64,000 bases of DNA from Eledone cirrhosa. Taxonomy: Eukaryota. The translations under genes and the position numbers were made by a program. The notes below the pieces were generated by a model. The model searched no databases. It worked only from the letters and a program-made list of their open reading frames with translations, and had not been told where the DNA came from. The stretch is from contig OZ024758.1 in the NCBI GenBank assembly GCA_964016885.1, forward strand, positions 2,976,001 through 3,040,000, written 5' to 3'. Of this stretch, positions 1-14,100 are shown piece after piece. Position 1 is the first letter of the stretch. The number at the start of each line of letters is the position of its first letter.

Positions 1-32
<32 letters not shown>

Positions 33-229
33 AATAAAGATCGCAGGGCATATTCAGTTTATTCAGGTTTATTTAAATCTCCGTTAAATATACCACACTG
101 AGGACCATAAGTTATGGTAGCCTGTGCTCTTCAGACGGTAAAAACTAAAATAAATATTGAAAGTTCCGAAGACACCTTTAAACTTTGGAAACATCCAATA
201 ATTTTCTAGAAAAAGATTTTCATTTCATG

Positions 230-265
<36 letters not shown>

Positions 266-599
266 ATGTTCATGTAGGTATGTTTGTATGTATGAATGGA
301 TGGATTGATGCATGCCTGTATGCGTGTACGTACGTATGCATGTATAGAATGATGCATGCACACCTATATGTGTGAATATATCTAAGTACGCTAGACGTCG
401 TTACGTGTGTTTGTATGTAATAACATGATGTCGACTTTGAATCTGCCATTAGACTTGAGGAATCGAAAACTGTTTGTGTGGTGATTTGCGAAAGAAAACT
501 ACGCATGCTTCTTTACAGATATAACGGGATCGTGTGAAAGAAAATACACAGCTAATATCGAAGAACTGTGTCTCAGTTATTCTATAATAAAACATCTAC

Positions 600-1180
600 T
601 GCACAATGATGGCTATCACAGTTGTAGCTGCTGCGGGCTTTGTGAGATGAATGAGTGATACACAGTCACGAAAAGAGGTTGAATTGAATATATCTAGAAA
701 CCAGGTAGAACTAATGTTGTTTGGCACCGCAATAAACATGGATGTTGTTTATTGTTAAATACAGGGTTGTATAAATACAAGCCCGTGTTATCTCGGTATA
801 GAATATAAGAATGAAATCAGGAAGTGTACCAATATAAACATGGACTTTATGTAAATGAAGCTCTAGAAGGTAGAAAGAAGATACATAGCTGATAGAATAT
901 GGAGGAAAGAATGGAGCTCGAAGTCATCACTTCAATGCAAAAAAGCTGACAACCGATGAAATAATATTATCTGGAGTAAATTATAATAGGAATTTGGATT
1001 GATAAATAGAAATGTCCACTATTATTTCGATCTTGTCGTACAGAGAACTGCTCAATAATAACAGTTGTGAAAATCTACCATACATCAAAGACATAGTCCT
1101 GGAACAACGATACCCAAACAGAATATATTGAGTGGGAAAAAGAATTGAAAGAAATCTAAGAAGCTTAAACATTTAATCAA
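600..1180 (+). mobile_element. Possible heavily decayed LINE ORF2 3' remnant
   Basis: IWRKEWSSKSSLQ resembles the W...m..K.sL motif near LINE C-termini; many stops. Confidence 0.25.
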
Positions 1181-1575
1181 CAAAATCTTTAAAAAGTTAC
1201 ATTTCAAGCACCTGCCCTACCTGTGTTTCGATCCTTTCCAAAATGTGCTAATTACAAGTATTGGGTATTGTTAATCATCAAATCAGGACTAAGGACCTCC
1301 TCAGCAGATTTTCCTCACTGAAAGAGGGAGAGTGGGTGGAGAGAAAGAAAGAGAAGATCAAGGGGATCTCGGAATTCACACATCATTAAGTATAATGCTG
1401 CAATCAAACTAAATGTTTTACTTTAAACAATGCCTATGTTGACGGGTACTCTGCTACCATATATATATATATATAACCCCCCCCCTCCTGCATATATCTC
1501 TATCTCTCTCTCTCTATATATATATTAATAATAATATTCATACACATGCATATATGTCTACACATACAGACACTC

Positions 1576-1609
<34 letters not shown>

Positions 1610-2019
1610 ACGTACAGACATAAATAGACACATTTACATTTATGTGTATTAATACAACTTTGAACACGCTTTCCTTTTCTACATCTCATGTAATATATTT
1701 ATGTAGTGCTGCACTATGCGTTTGGAAATATTAGTTTCCTAACGTTACATAGAGGAAACAAGTGAAACATTAGGTCAGCTATGTTAAAGGAAAAATGCTG
1801 TCAAAACTGACAATCAATGGCGCCATCTAGGAGTAAAAAAGTGTTATGAAGATAAAAAATAAATTTCTTGAAACTTGATTTGGTATGTTTTCCCGAAGTG
1901 CATTAGGTAACGTTCTGTCTTCAGTGATGCAATTGATATTATTAACTTTCAGTCTTCTTTTTTTCCTTTTCCTATGTTTTTTCCTTCTTTTCCGCTGGTG
2001 TTCTAATGGATATTTTAGA

Positions 2020-2078
2020 GTACACACACACACATACACCCCCCCACACATACACACACACATACACCCCCCACACAT

Positions 2079-2112
<34 letters not shown>

Positions 2113-2121
2113 GTATATCTG

Positions 2122-2159
<38 letters not shown>

Positions 2160-2193
2160 CATATTTACATATATACATTTATATTTACATATT

Positions 2194-2229
<36 letters not shown>

Positions 2230-2378
2230 CTTATATATATATATATACACATACATATTTACATATATACATTTATATTTACATATATAAATATATATAT
2301 ATATACTTATATATATATCCTTATATATATATATATATCCTTATATATATATATATATCCTTATATATATATATATAT

Positions 2379-2420
<42 letters not shown>

Positions 2421-2560
2421 ATAGATATATATAGATATATATATCCATAGATATATGTATGTATATATATATATATATAATATATATATAATATAAATAC
2501 ATACACATAATATACATACATACAGACACACACCCATACATATATATATATATATATACG
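2020..2560. repeat. Compound (CA)n/(TA)n microsatellite
   Basis: Direct inspection. Confidence 0.95.
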
Positions 2561-5190
2561 AAACATTCTTTCACAAGTAGATATGTCATAACATGCTAGT
2601 AACCAAAATAGGTAAATTCGTTTTAGAGAAATAGTTTGTGCACTAGTGCGCGATTTGCTGGGATTCATCTGAATGTCTATGACTATTTTTGTAAGCACCA
2701 GGATTTATTATGGTAGTAGTTCTGATAACCTTTTTGGTTGTACGTTTTTTCAGAAAATATATCCGTGTTTATTCCTGCTTTATGTCAAAACACCTATAAT
2801 GAATTAATGTGTCATTGCAAGAGGTCAGTTGTATAATTTATTTTATCCTATTACGCTAATACGAGTAAATATTTACAATCGGATAACTTCGTACAATTAA
2901 GGTTACTTTACCTTAAATAATTTGATACATTGGAGACTATCTGCCTTAGATTGTGCTCAAATACGAAATTTACATTGGTGTTTTGTACATCATCGGATAT
3001 AATTGGAAATGACTTACATAAAACCTAACCGGGCCATTTGGTATATGTACACAATTTGTCAGGAGAAGTAAAATATTGTGTGTGTACTTTTTAGTCAAGA
3101 AATAAAAAGATAAACTAGTGAAACACTGTCCTGCTTCTATGAATAAAGCAAGCTATGCGATTTTTATTGTGTAAGTAAGGATTCTCATAATGCAATATGG
3201 CGATGTCACGTTCGAACACAAGTTTAGTGGAACATAAGCAATAGAAATTGTATTCAGAAATATTGTGTAACCTTATCTGAAATTTTATTGACTTGTTGTA
3301 TTTAAGTAATTGGTTCTTTATTATATATATATATATAAGAAGTAAGTGACATAGTCACTACTTTAAAACCCATGGCGTATGGTTTTCTTAATGTTTTTTA
3401 ATTAAACATACAGTATATTTCCAAATATACTATACATAAATTCATGTATACATCGCTTCTTCAGAGCACAAATCCTAATACCTATATATATATATTTGTG
3501 GAAGGAAAAAACCTATTTGAAGAGATGTTAGACTAGATGGCATATCTGTATTTGTAAGTTATTCTACAAAGCCTTTTAGTTCATCATTAGATCAGCCCGT
3601 ACTTCTTCATTGAGCTTAGTATTTAATGCGATAAATACTGAGTGACGTTTGACGTACTGTGTTCAAATGAAATGCATGACCCAATTTCTTTAGTGCACTT
3701 TCGCTGAGTATCAGTCTGATATCGTATCTGATTGTGTGGTATATAAGGGTATATGTCAAGATATGTTATCACATATTTTTGAAACGAGCATGTTATGCTG
3801 TCTGTAAACTGGGTATGGCATTTGAACACAGGAAAAGGAAGAACCTAACATTTCATTTACTATATGATAGAGACAAAACTGACAACTGACAATTTGTTTC
3901 CTGGATAATAGATGTAACTGGTACAAATGGCTATATCCTGAACTAAACCCAGGTATATTACACATTCAGATACAATAGCATATACTGAGATATACTGGGC
4001 TACAATGCTCATTCACATGTGATAACATTTCCTAAAATATACCCAGATATATCACACACATCTTTAACTTAATAAAAACAAAGCTCATTGAACACTTTTC
4101 TGTTAAAGAATTGACTTCTAATTGACGTAATTTGAAAAGCATAATCTCTTTACGAAATCAATAGAAGCAGAATAAACGGTTCCTCCAAGATGTTTCTCAT
4201 GTTGTTAGTTTAGGAAGAAAAGGTGGAATATTCTTCTTTGTCAAACAACACATTGGATCTATTGAAGCAGTACTTCAGACCTATTTCTTTATGAATTAGA
4301 AAAGAACTCACAGAATATCTGATAATACAATTAAGCCAAAGAAATAGTGAGTTGAAGACACTACTCAATACATACTCTTCAATATCGATCAACAATGAGT
4401 AATTGTAGAATCAGTGTTTGTTAAGAACTATACCACCCTTGATACTGTTACTCAATAGGAATGCAATTATCGTTAACAGCAAATAATACAAACGTGTATA
4501 AATATACAGAATTAATTATAGAAAATACTTACAGTCCTTTCTACGTTAAACATTCTATATTTCAGTGCACTTTGTTGGTTTTGCTGGCAATATTAATATC
4601 AATTCTCTCTCGTATCACTAATTACGAGAAAACTGAAGCTGTTTTGAAGTTAGATTAATTTCCGCTTCATTAAGATAACGTATCTTCTTTAAATTGTGAA
4701 GTGTCAACAAAATCATTAATTATATGAAAGATATATTTTACATTTTGACATTGGCTCGCACCCGCTCCCGAGTTTATCTACAGTTTTACAGGATATATGC
4801 ATCAATCTAAATTAATATTTCATATATGTCGTGAAGATATCTTTCTAGTACGCATCCTCTGTAATTAATTATTTAATTAGAAATATTTCCCTTAAATTAC
4901 AAATTTAATTAGTCTAAACCGATTTTTGTATAGCGTTATGATGAGCAGACAGAAAGTCTTCAAACATTAAACATAGTAAAATTTTTGATATGTTAAGGAA
5001 CTTTCGATATAACAATATTTTTCGAGGGAGGGAGATGTACGGAGTTTAAGACAGTGCATGTGTTAAATGTCTACTCATAATGTTCAGCAGGTAAATCCTG
5101 GATTATGTTGAGACATTGAAACAGATTTCATTCACTATATTATGTTCGAAGGGTGATTTTCTAACGCAAATAAATATATCCTCTTTACAG

Positions 5191-5292
5191 GACCCACCGG
5201 GAGTAGAATTTATGGTGGATGCTTACTCGACGTGTATCGAAATTGCCCGCTTAGACGAAGTCATTAACGGTTATATGTTTATAACATTCCAA
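5191..5292 (+). CDS. Putative internal coding exon DPPGVEFMVDAYSTCIEIARLDEVINGYMFITFQ, protein unidentified
   Basis: Acceptor tcctctttacag, 102 nt open in phase 0, donor CAA|gtatgt, GC content above background. Confidence 0.45.
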
Positions 5293-5293
5293 G

Positions 5294-5359
<66 letters not shown>

Positions 5360-6275
5360 AGTGGTGCGTATGTATATCAGAATTGAAATCTAATTTCTAT
5401 GTGATGAACGGATTGAGACGCTTCTGTTAGAATCGTCTGCCTCCGACAAACCTTGGGTAATGGAATAATTATATTGTGTTGTGTATTTAAATAGCTCTGT
5501 ACTATATATATAGCACTCTTCTTTCCTATACATTTTCCGCGGAAATACTTAACATCATATTTATTTATATATGCACAGAGAGAGAGATAGAGAGGGGGGG
5601 GGGATTTATTAGCACTGTATATAATTTAGTTTCCATTACTCGGAAGGGAGCTAAACTAGTTCCTCAGCATTGAGTTTTTATCGTAACACATTTTATATCT
5701 CTAGTGTTAGAATTACTACGTTTCAATTTGAATATATTTTCATTCTGCGATTTCTTTCAAATCTATTAACTAACAAAGAAGTATGGTTGTAATATGTGAT
5801 ACCTTAGCTTGCTCTGTTTGAATTAAACCCCATCAGAGGGAGTTGCAACTATAATAAGACTTTTCAAACGGTTTTCTTTTAACGTAATTCCTGACATAGC
5901 TACTGCAATATCAAATATGTAGGGGATTAACTTCAAATGACATGAAATATTGTTTTCTACTAATAACCTATTTGACATATTTGAATTGCTAAAAACCCAA
6001 GTGTGGTATGTGAGCTTCGGATAAATACATAGCAATGAATGCATTTTGTGTCGCCTTTGAAAATACTAGTAAAGGCAATTCCCTGATCAACACGTTGAAA
6101 ATAAATTGCTAAAGATAAATTAAGATGTTAATAAAAAACACTACCCTGTATTACAGGTGTAATACAATGTGATTTACAAACATTAGTCAGTAGATAGCAT
6201 CTGTGATGAGAAATGTCAAACATACCTCTTCTATAATGTGAAAGTATTAAAACATTGAATATGTTACGTGTAAAA

Positions 6276-6462
6276 TAATTGTTTCTACTTTAGGCACAAG
6301 GCCAGCAATTATCCAGTGCATTACTGGTACTTTATTTTATCGACCCCGTAAGGATGAAAGGCAAAGTCAACCTCGGCGGGATTTGAACTCAGATCGTAAA
6401 GGGACGTAACTATGCTAGAAAGCATGGCGTCAAACCCTCTACCGATATTGCCAATCCACCAC
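6276..6462 (-). mobile_element. tRNA-derived SINE family A (core resembles the MetaSINE domain)
   Basis: Reverse complement of GGTGGATTGGCAGTATCGGTAGAGGG..GTTCAAATCCCGCCGAGG..CTTTGCCTTTCATCCTTACGGGGTCGATAAAATAAAGTACCAG..GGCCTTGTGCC. A- and B-box-like motifs present. Confidence 0.9.
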
Positions 6463-6577
6463 CCTCATAACTTGGATATGTATGTGGGTATTAAGAAAAA
6501 CGGAGAAGTTCGTTTACAAGTATTTAGGTTTGTATTTTGCATCGACCTTTTATGCGGACTTCTTAGAGAATTGGCGG

Positions 6578-6844
6578 TATATATATATAAATATATATAT
6601 TTATAAATATATATATATATATAAATATATATATATAAATAAATATATATATAAATATAAATAAATATATATATAAATATAAATAAATATATATATATAT
6701 ATATATATAAATATATATAAAAATAAATATATATATATATATAAATATATATAAAAATAAATATATATATATATATAAATATATATATATATAAATATAT
6801 ATAAATATATAAATATATATATATATATAAATATATATATATAA

Positions 6845-6914
<70 letters not shown>

Positions 6915-6948
6915 ATTTATATATATATATATTTATATATATATAAAT

Positions 6949-7020
<72 letters not shown>
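6578..7020. repeat. Interrupted (TA)n
   Basis: Direct inspection. Confidence 0.95.
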
Positions 7021-7024
<4 letters not shown>

Positions 7025-7539
7025 ATATTTGGGGAGGGTCATATTTGCGTAATATTGCCAGAATTAATAACAGAACACACTCACTGTTTGGTTGGTTTTC
7101 GCTTCTCGCTGTCTTTTATATATATATATCTGCGATCTAACTTACTCGGTCCTCAATGTTGCCATTGACTGACCGGCGGTCAAAAATAATACAGATACAA
7201 TATAGACACAAAAAAAAAAAAAAAAAAAAAAAAAATGGCGTAGACATACAACAGGAGGAACAATGAATATAACACCACTGACGATGTTGCAGATGTGCAA
7301 CGAAAGATTTATGTAAATTATGTAAACTATGTATATATGTGTTTGTGTCTATATTGCATCTGTATTATTTTTGACCGCCGGTCAGTCAATGGCAACATTG
7401 AGGACCGAGTAAGTTAGATCGCAGATATATATATATATAAAAGACAGCGAGAAGCGAAAACCAACCAAACAGTGAGTGTGTTCTGTTATTAATTCTGGCA
7501 ATATTACGCAAATATGACCCTCCCCAAATATAACAATAT
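7017..7539 (+). mobile_element. TA-embedded fold-back element (Penelope pLTR-like) with a central hammerhead-like motif
   Basis: Arms 7017-7212 and 7342-7539 are reverse complements (one substitution, one TA-unit difference). The spacer holds an A26 run and CTGACGA-T-GTTGCA(gatg)TGCAAC-GAAA. Confidence 0.75.
7274..7315 (+). ncRNA. Hammerhead-like motif, partly decayed
   Basis: CTGACGA at 7278, 6-bp stem II GTTGCA/TGCAAC, then GAAAGATTTA. Stems I and III are imperfect. Confidence 0.55.
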
Positions 7540-7593
7540 CTGTTTCGACACACGATTTCATATAAAAAACCTCGCAAAACTAATTCATCGCCG

Positions 7594-7640
<47 letters not shown>

Positions 7641-7674
7641 TATATTTATATATATTTATATTTATATATATTTA

Positions 7675-7714
<40 letters not shown>

Positions 7715-7811
7715 TATAAATATATATATATATACATATATATAAATATACATATATATTTATATGTATATATATATATATTTATATATATATATACATA
7801 TATATATATAC

Positions 7812-7846
<35 letters not shown>

Positions 7847-8543
7847 CATATGTATGTGTGTGTGTTTGTGTGTAGGTATGTATGTATATGTATTTCAATA
7901 TATATATATATGTATATATATATATGTGTGTTTGTGTGTGTAGGTATATATATATATACATAGGGAGATAAAAACGATTATTAGGAAGAAAAATAATTTT
8001 TTTCCTTTATTCTTCTTCTCTTTTTTCTGGGTTAGAAAATATTTAAAACAAAATATTTTACTTCGTGTGAAGTGTTAAGATATTAGTTAATTTATTTATT
8101 GAAATACACTCATGTTTCTGTAAATATAATCTATATCTTATGTACATACTATAAACAATCTATATCTTATGTATATACTATAAACGATTTTGATATTGGT
8201 CTGCTTTCAATAAAAAGTCTACATTGGATAAATATATATCAGAATTGTTAAAACTAAATCAGACGAATAGAAATTAGCATTGTAATTAGTTGTTTTACAT
8301 CATTGACCTATAGCTTTAATAATTAATAGAATAGGAAATCGATTTACTTCACGTCTCGATAACTCTGGGTAAATAATGGTGCAACAATAGTAATCGCTTT
8401 TATTCTCTTTAATCTTACTGAAAAAAAATTACCTCCCTTACCTCCACTCTCTCTTTTGTTTAGATCTATGCAGCGAATTGTCACCCTTCCCATCCCCATT
8501 ATATTTATTATATAAACCCACTACATCATATATTCATTAAATT

Positions 8544-8616
<73 letters not shown>

Positions 8617-8711
8617 ATCTATCTATCTATCTATATCCATCTATCTACATATATCCATCTATATACATATATATATCCATCTATATACATTATATATTTA
8701 TATATATAAAT

Positions 8712-8779
<68 letters not shown>

Positions 8780-9413
8780 GATGCACACAACAATGTTTCA
8801 TAGTAAATATAAGGTATAGGTATAGATATAGTTGTGTGTATATAATTACATATGACTAACATCATGTGCAAGCATCGACCAGGCTGGTTGGGACTCATCC
8901 TACGACTGCCAAATGAGAGACATGTTCCCCAGGTCCTGTATAGATAACCCCATAGCAAGTGGTACTAATATAGCTTTTTAGTATAATTATGTTTTATATT
9001 AAATCATTTGCTATATGTCTACATAAAATACAATATGACTTTCGTAACGATGGAATATGTTTCTATATAAACCGGTCACCAACTTGTCAGTACCAGTGGA
9101 GAGTTACAGACGGCGTTGTTTCGAGATATAGTGTTATGTACTTACATGGTACTACAATGGAGATAGAGTAACGCCTACATAGATATTGCATGAGGAACAT
9201 TTTCTAGAGATACTCACTTTCATATAGTGCGAACTTCGTTAGCAATAATTAATTCATAAAAGGAAAAAAAATGATAATAATAAACATGAGGTAACAGACT
9301 TTAACAAACATTGTCTTCATTCTACCATCCATTTCACATTGCCCAAGCCTTCATATGTACAGGGGCCCCCAAAATGTATACAATTTGATTACTGGTGCAG
9401 GCATTATGTATTA

Positions 9414-9597
9414 GATGGATTGGCAGTATCGGTAGAGGGTCTGACGTCATGCTTTTCAAGAGTTACAGCCCGTTATGGTCTGAGTTCAAATCACACCGTG
9501 GTTAACTTTGCCTTTCATCCTTACGGGGTCGATAAAATAAAGACCCAGTAATATACTGGAATAATTACTGGCCTTGTGCCAAAAGTAGAAACGATTA
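9414..9597 (+). mobile_element. SINE family A
   Basis: Full-length match to the in-window consensus. Confidence 0.9.
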
Positions 9598-9685
9598 TTT
9601 ATTAGAATGCACAGACTTTCCCCAAAGTAAAATACAAACAGAATTCAATTGTATGTAAACACCTAAAAATGTTTCCATAATTTAA

Positions 9686-9867
9686 ATAATTGTTTCTACT
9701 TTTGGCACAAGGCCAGCAATTATCCCAGTGCATTACTGGTTCTTTATCGACTCCGTAAGGATCAAAGGCAAAGTTAACCTCGGCGGGATTTGAACTCACG
9801 CCTAAAGGGCCGTAACTGTATGCTGCAAAGTATGGCGTCTGACCGTCTACCGATACTGCCAATCCAT
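9686..9867 (-). mobile_element. SINE family A, inverted relative to 9414-9597
   Basis: Full-length reverse-complement match. Confidence 0.9.
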
Positions 9868-11109
9868 GCATGTAAAACTGATTTTATTTTAATGCATCTT
9901 TTAAAGGTATTTTGTATATAATTTTGTTTGAGATCCTGTATATCCCTTTCTACGCAGAGATAGATAGATAGATATATATAGAGAGAGAGTGAGAAAGAGA
10001 AAGAGAGTGTGTGTGTGGCAGTAAAGCCCATGTTATTTTTCCTTACATGTGTTTTAACATGTTTCTCTTTTTTAAAATTTATTCCGTATCAGTCGTTTTT
10101 TTTATATACATTTCACGATGTTTGAGTTTGTGGTTAGGCGTGTGCCTGTTTATCTTTATTTCTTGTTTACGTTAAAACGATACAACAGCTTTCAGTATAC
10201 TCTCAGTTTCGTAACACAAACTGTATAGGTGTTATATATATTTTATATATTAGATTTTCTGTTCAATACCATTAGAGCGAGAATTGTAAATATTTGAACT
10301 ACGAATTCAACTTCATTTCACATTCCGAATATCTTCGCATTATCTAGAGATTAAAGCCGTAATGAATGTGCTGCCATACAAATCTGTGCCTGAACCACTC
10401 TCTCCTGGACTTGAAGTGATATGTTAGATCTTTGAATCAATTTTACACTTGAAAGAATTCTTGTGTTTCCTCTCAGGTATTTGCAGATACAATAGAAATT
10501 TGTTCGGAATTAATTTTAAAATAAATTGAAATAACATTTTCGCTTTTCGACGTTTCGGAATTTATATAATCCCAAGTGTAATGAGTTAGCTTTCCTGTAG
10601 TATATATATTTTGAAATTAATGCCTTTTCTATTCAATATCTGCCTTCAACAGGGCCACTGAAATTTGCTAAAAATAAATCTAACTGTTGTACTAAGTACT
10701 ATACAATTCACTGCCTGGATTTTCATTTTATTTTCCGAAAGTCGTAATATATTGCAGCAGCACATTAATCCGAATAAAAACGCTTCGCAATCAAAACCTA
10801 TACACACTCCATATTATGTACAGTATACTGATTTCTCTTTTTGTATCAACAAACTTCTAATCAGAGTTCTACATATTTTAAAAGGAATAATGAATAAGGT
10901 AATGTACCATAAAAACAAATTGATTATATTATCCCTCTCAAAACATTACTTTAAGTAAAAAAAATGCTTTCTGAATAACGTTTTTTCATCAAGTTCTCTG
11001 AGATCATTAATTGAAATGTTAGTTATAAATCCTTGCTTTCAGCTCTTAAGCAGGTATTTAATTTAGCTGAGCCGGGGATGTATATAATTATGTAGTTATT
11101 TCAATATGC

Positions 11110-14100
11110 GTTTCCTGAAACAGAAGTCATGAAAAACACTCCCAGCTTCTCAATAAACTTTTCTAAGTGAAATCTCTTTCCTGATGAACGAAGGAGTGCT
11201 GCTGATGTGGGTCTAATTTCTGCGTTAGTTTTCAGATATTATGAATTTTAACCCAGTATGTATAAATTCGCATTTTTATTTTGCGGAGTATAAATAAGTA
11301 TCTTTCTGCAAACATACAGTACTGTGCACATAGTTTCAGACTTAAGGTTAAAACTTGCATATGCTGAAATGTGTTCCTTAGTAGTAAACAAATCACACGC
11401 CGAAAACTGCTTTACAAAGGGTCTGAATTTTAAATACATCATATCGGCACATCGTTTTATCGTTTTACTTGCGGAAACTTTTTCTAAAGAAGTAATATTG
11501 CAAGATGAAAACTGCACTGCACTTCTAAGGAAAAGATTTGTCACGTATTGCATCTTGCTTGTCAAATTGTATAGGTTGAAGATTTCTTCTCGAAGGAAAG
11601 ATATTTTACCAACTGAAATAAGGTTGTTAATAGAAAAGCATTTCATATGTTTACACCTAATTTCTGAAGGGAAATATTTTAACAGATGGAAACCTGCTTT
11701 TCACAGGTTAAAGCATGATTCTCACAGGGAAAATTTGTTCGTAGTTTAACAACCCTTTCTCAAAATGAAAATATTTTCATAGGCTGAAAACCACATCTCA
11801 AAAGAAAGATATTTTAACAGGCTAATTTTAACAGCCTGAACATTTTCTTGCCTTGAGAATCTTTCTCACAGATTAAAAGCTACTTCTCTAAATAAATATC
11901 ATCACAGGCTGACACCTGTCTTTCAATGGAAACATTTCACAACCTGGAAATTTCCTTCTCAATAGAAAGGATTTTTCTAACATGAAATCAGGTTTGTAAA
12001 GAATAGGATGTTGATAGGCTGCGACGTGCAAAACCAGTTAACAAATAATTTCAGGCTGAAGTATGATTTTCAGAAGAGCCAAGTTAATAGACTGAATCCT
12101 GCTTCCTTACATAAAACAGTTTTAAATCCTGACACCTGTTTCTTAAAGAAAAATAAATAATAACAATAAATACTGAAACCAGCTTCGCAAAAGAAATGTA
12201 TTTGCGTAGGCTAAAACTTGTTTCTCAAAGAAAACATATACACAGGATAAAAACAACTTCAAAAACGAATAGCATTTCCACAAGCTCAAACCTGCTTCTT
12301 AAGCGAGAAGAGAGAAATCTACTGGCAGAAACATACTCCCCAAAGAATATATTTTAATTAACTGAAATTTGCTTCAGAAATAAAAGCATTTTCGCACGCT
12401 GAAACCTGTTTCTCAAAAATCAAATTGAGGAAAAGTAAATATTTTCCCAGTCTAAACTCAGCAAACGTAGAATGGTGGAAACCAGATTCTCAAACATTTC
12501 CACAGACAAATAGCTGCTTAAAAAAAAAAAAAATCATATTCAGAGATTGAAAACCGCTCGCTAAAGGAATATTTCCACAGATTGTATTCTGTTTTGCCAA
12601 GGAAAAAATATTTTACGGACTGAAATGTTCTTCACAGACTGAAAAATTCCCGTATGGAATGTATTTTTACAGAAGAAATCTTTCTCCCAAAGGATACGAT
12701 TCTTAAAGAAATAATGTATCAGAGGCTGAAATAATGTATCAGATGCTGAAAGCCGCTTTTCGTGGAGAGCAAACATTGATAAGTTGACTTCTAGTTTCAT
12801 TCTTGGCGATGTCCATTAACCGCTTCATTATATTCCTAAGGATATTCTATCCGATTTTCTAGTGCTATGTTTATTTGTAGCAATTACTGCATTTAAATTC
12901 CATTACATCAGGCAGAGACAAATATAGTAACATTAATGTTACGACATCATAAACACCCCAGTAACAGATAAATATAATAACATTACAACTATGATATAGC
13001 ATGGAAAACAGTCAAACATTGCATTACAACAATAGTGACAAGGTGTATGAACGCCAGTAGAATAAAGAGAAGAATTTAAAGGCTAAAAGATGCTTCTCAA
13101 AGGGAATATATTTTACTGGCTAAATATCCATAGCTTTAACCGGCTATTTATCCATAAGCGTCATAAGCTTCTCATATTAAATCATTCCCGTGGACTGTTA
13201 TCAACCATTCATAAGAATAACATTCTACAGGTTAAGACTGCTTAAACTGATAACTGTTTCTCAAATGAAAGAAATGCTAGGACGGAAAACATCTTCTCGG
13301 AGTAAAGATTCACCATAGCCTAACATTACTTCTCACAGTGATACAAGTTTATAAGATGAAACGTGATTCAGAAAAGAAATTGTTTTCACAAGCTGGAATC
13401 TATTTCAGAAAGGAAAGAGAGAAGAGAATGATTTCTTTTTCTTTCTTAAAAGGACGTCAACAAGTTTTAACTTACAGAACAAATGCTCAAGTTTCCATGG
13501 GCGGAAATCAGCTTTTCAAAAGGAAACATTCCTCCAGCTAATACCTAGCATGGACATATTTCATAAGCAAAATCCTAAATTTCGAAAAGTAATATATTGA
13601 TGAGTTCATATTGTGAAACTCACCTTCATTGTAAAGTTTTACACTGATTGAAAACTCTCTTTTGATAGGTATAAAGCAATCCGATCTTACGAGTAAACAT
13701 TCTAGGTGGTTCAATCCAGCTTCATATGAGAAAATAATTGTTATAATCTGGAACTTGCTTACAAACAAAGAAAAAAAATTCTGAATTTAAATCTTGTTTC
13801 TCAGCGCAAGGGAAATAGAGTACTAATAATATCATATATAAATATGCTTACGAATCAAGATATTTTTCACAGGTTGCTACATACTTTTCAAAGAAAAATA
13901 TTTTCCCAGGCTCTAAGATGTTTATCAAATAACATTTTCAAAGGCAGAAAATTTATTCCCGATCGTGATAAGTTTCATAAGAATAAAACCTGCTTCAAAA
14001 AGAAAACAAATGTTCACAGGTTGAAAGCTGTTTAAAAAGAATATGCTGGTTCGTTCCCAATGGATAAGACAATTCTTTCGCTTATATCTGCTTCTGAATA

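Noticed and set aside
6380-6462. tRNA genes in SINE heads
   Set aside because: A/B-box-like motifs only, no cloverleaf, and part of dispersed SINE copies.
12790-13070. Insert in the 38-bp array translating NYDIAWKTVKHC, reminiscent of a Penelope GIY-YIG C-terminus
   Set aside because: Too short and decayed; the ACA-rich composition could give this by chance.
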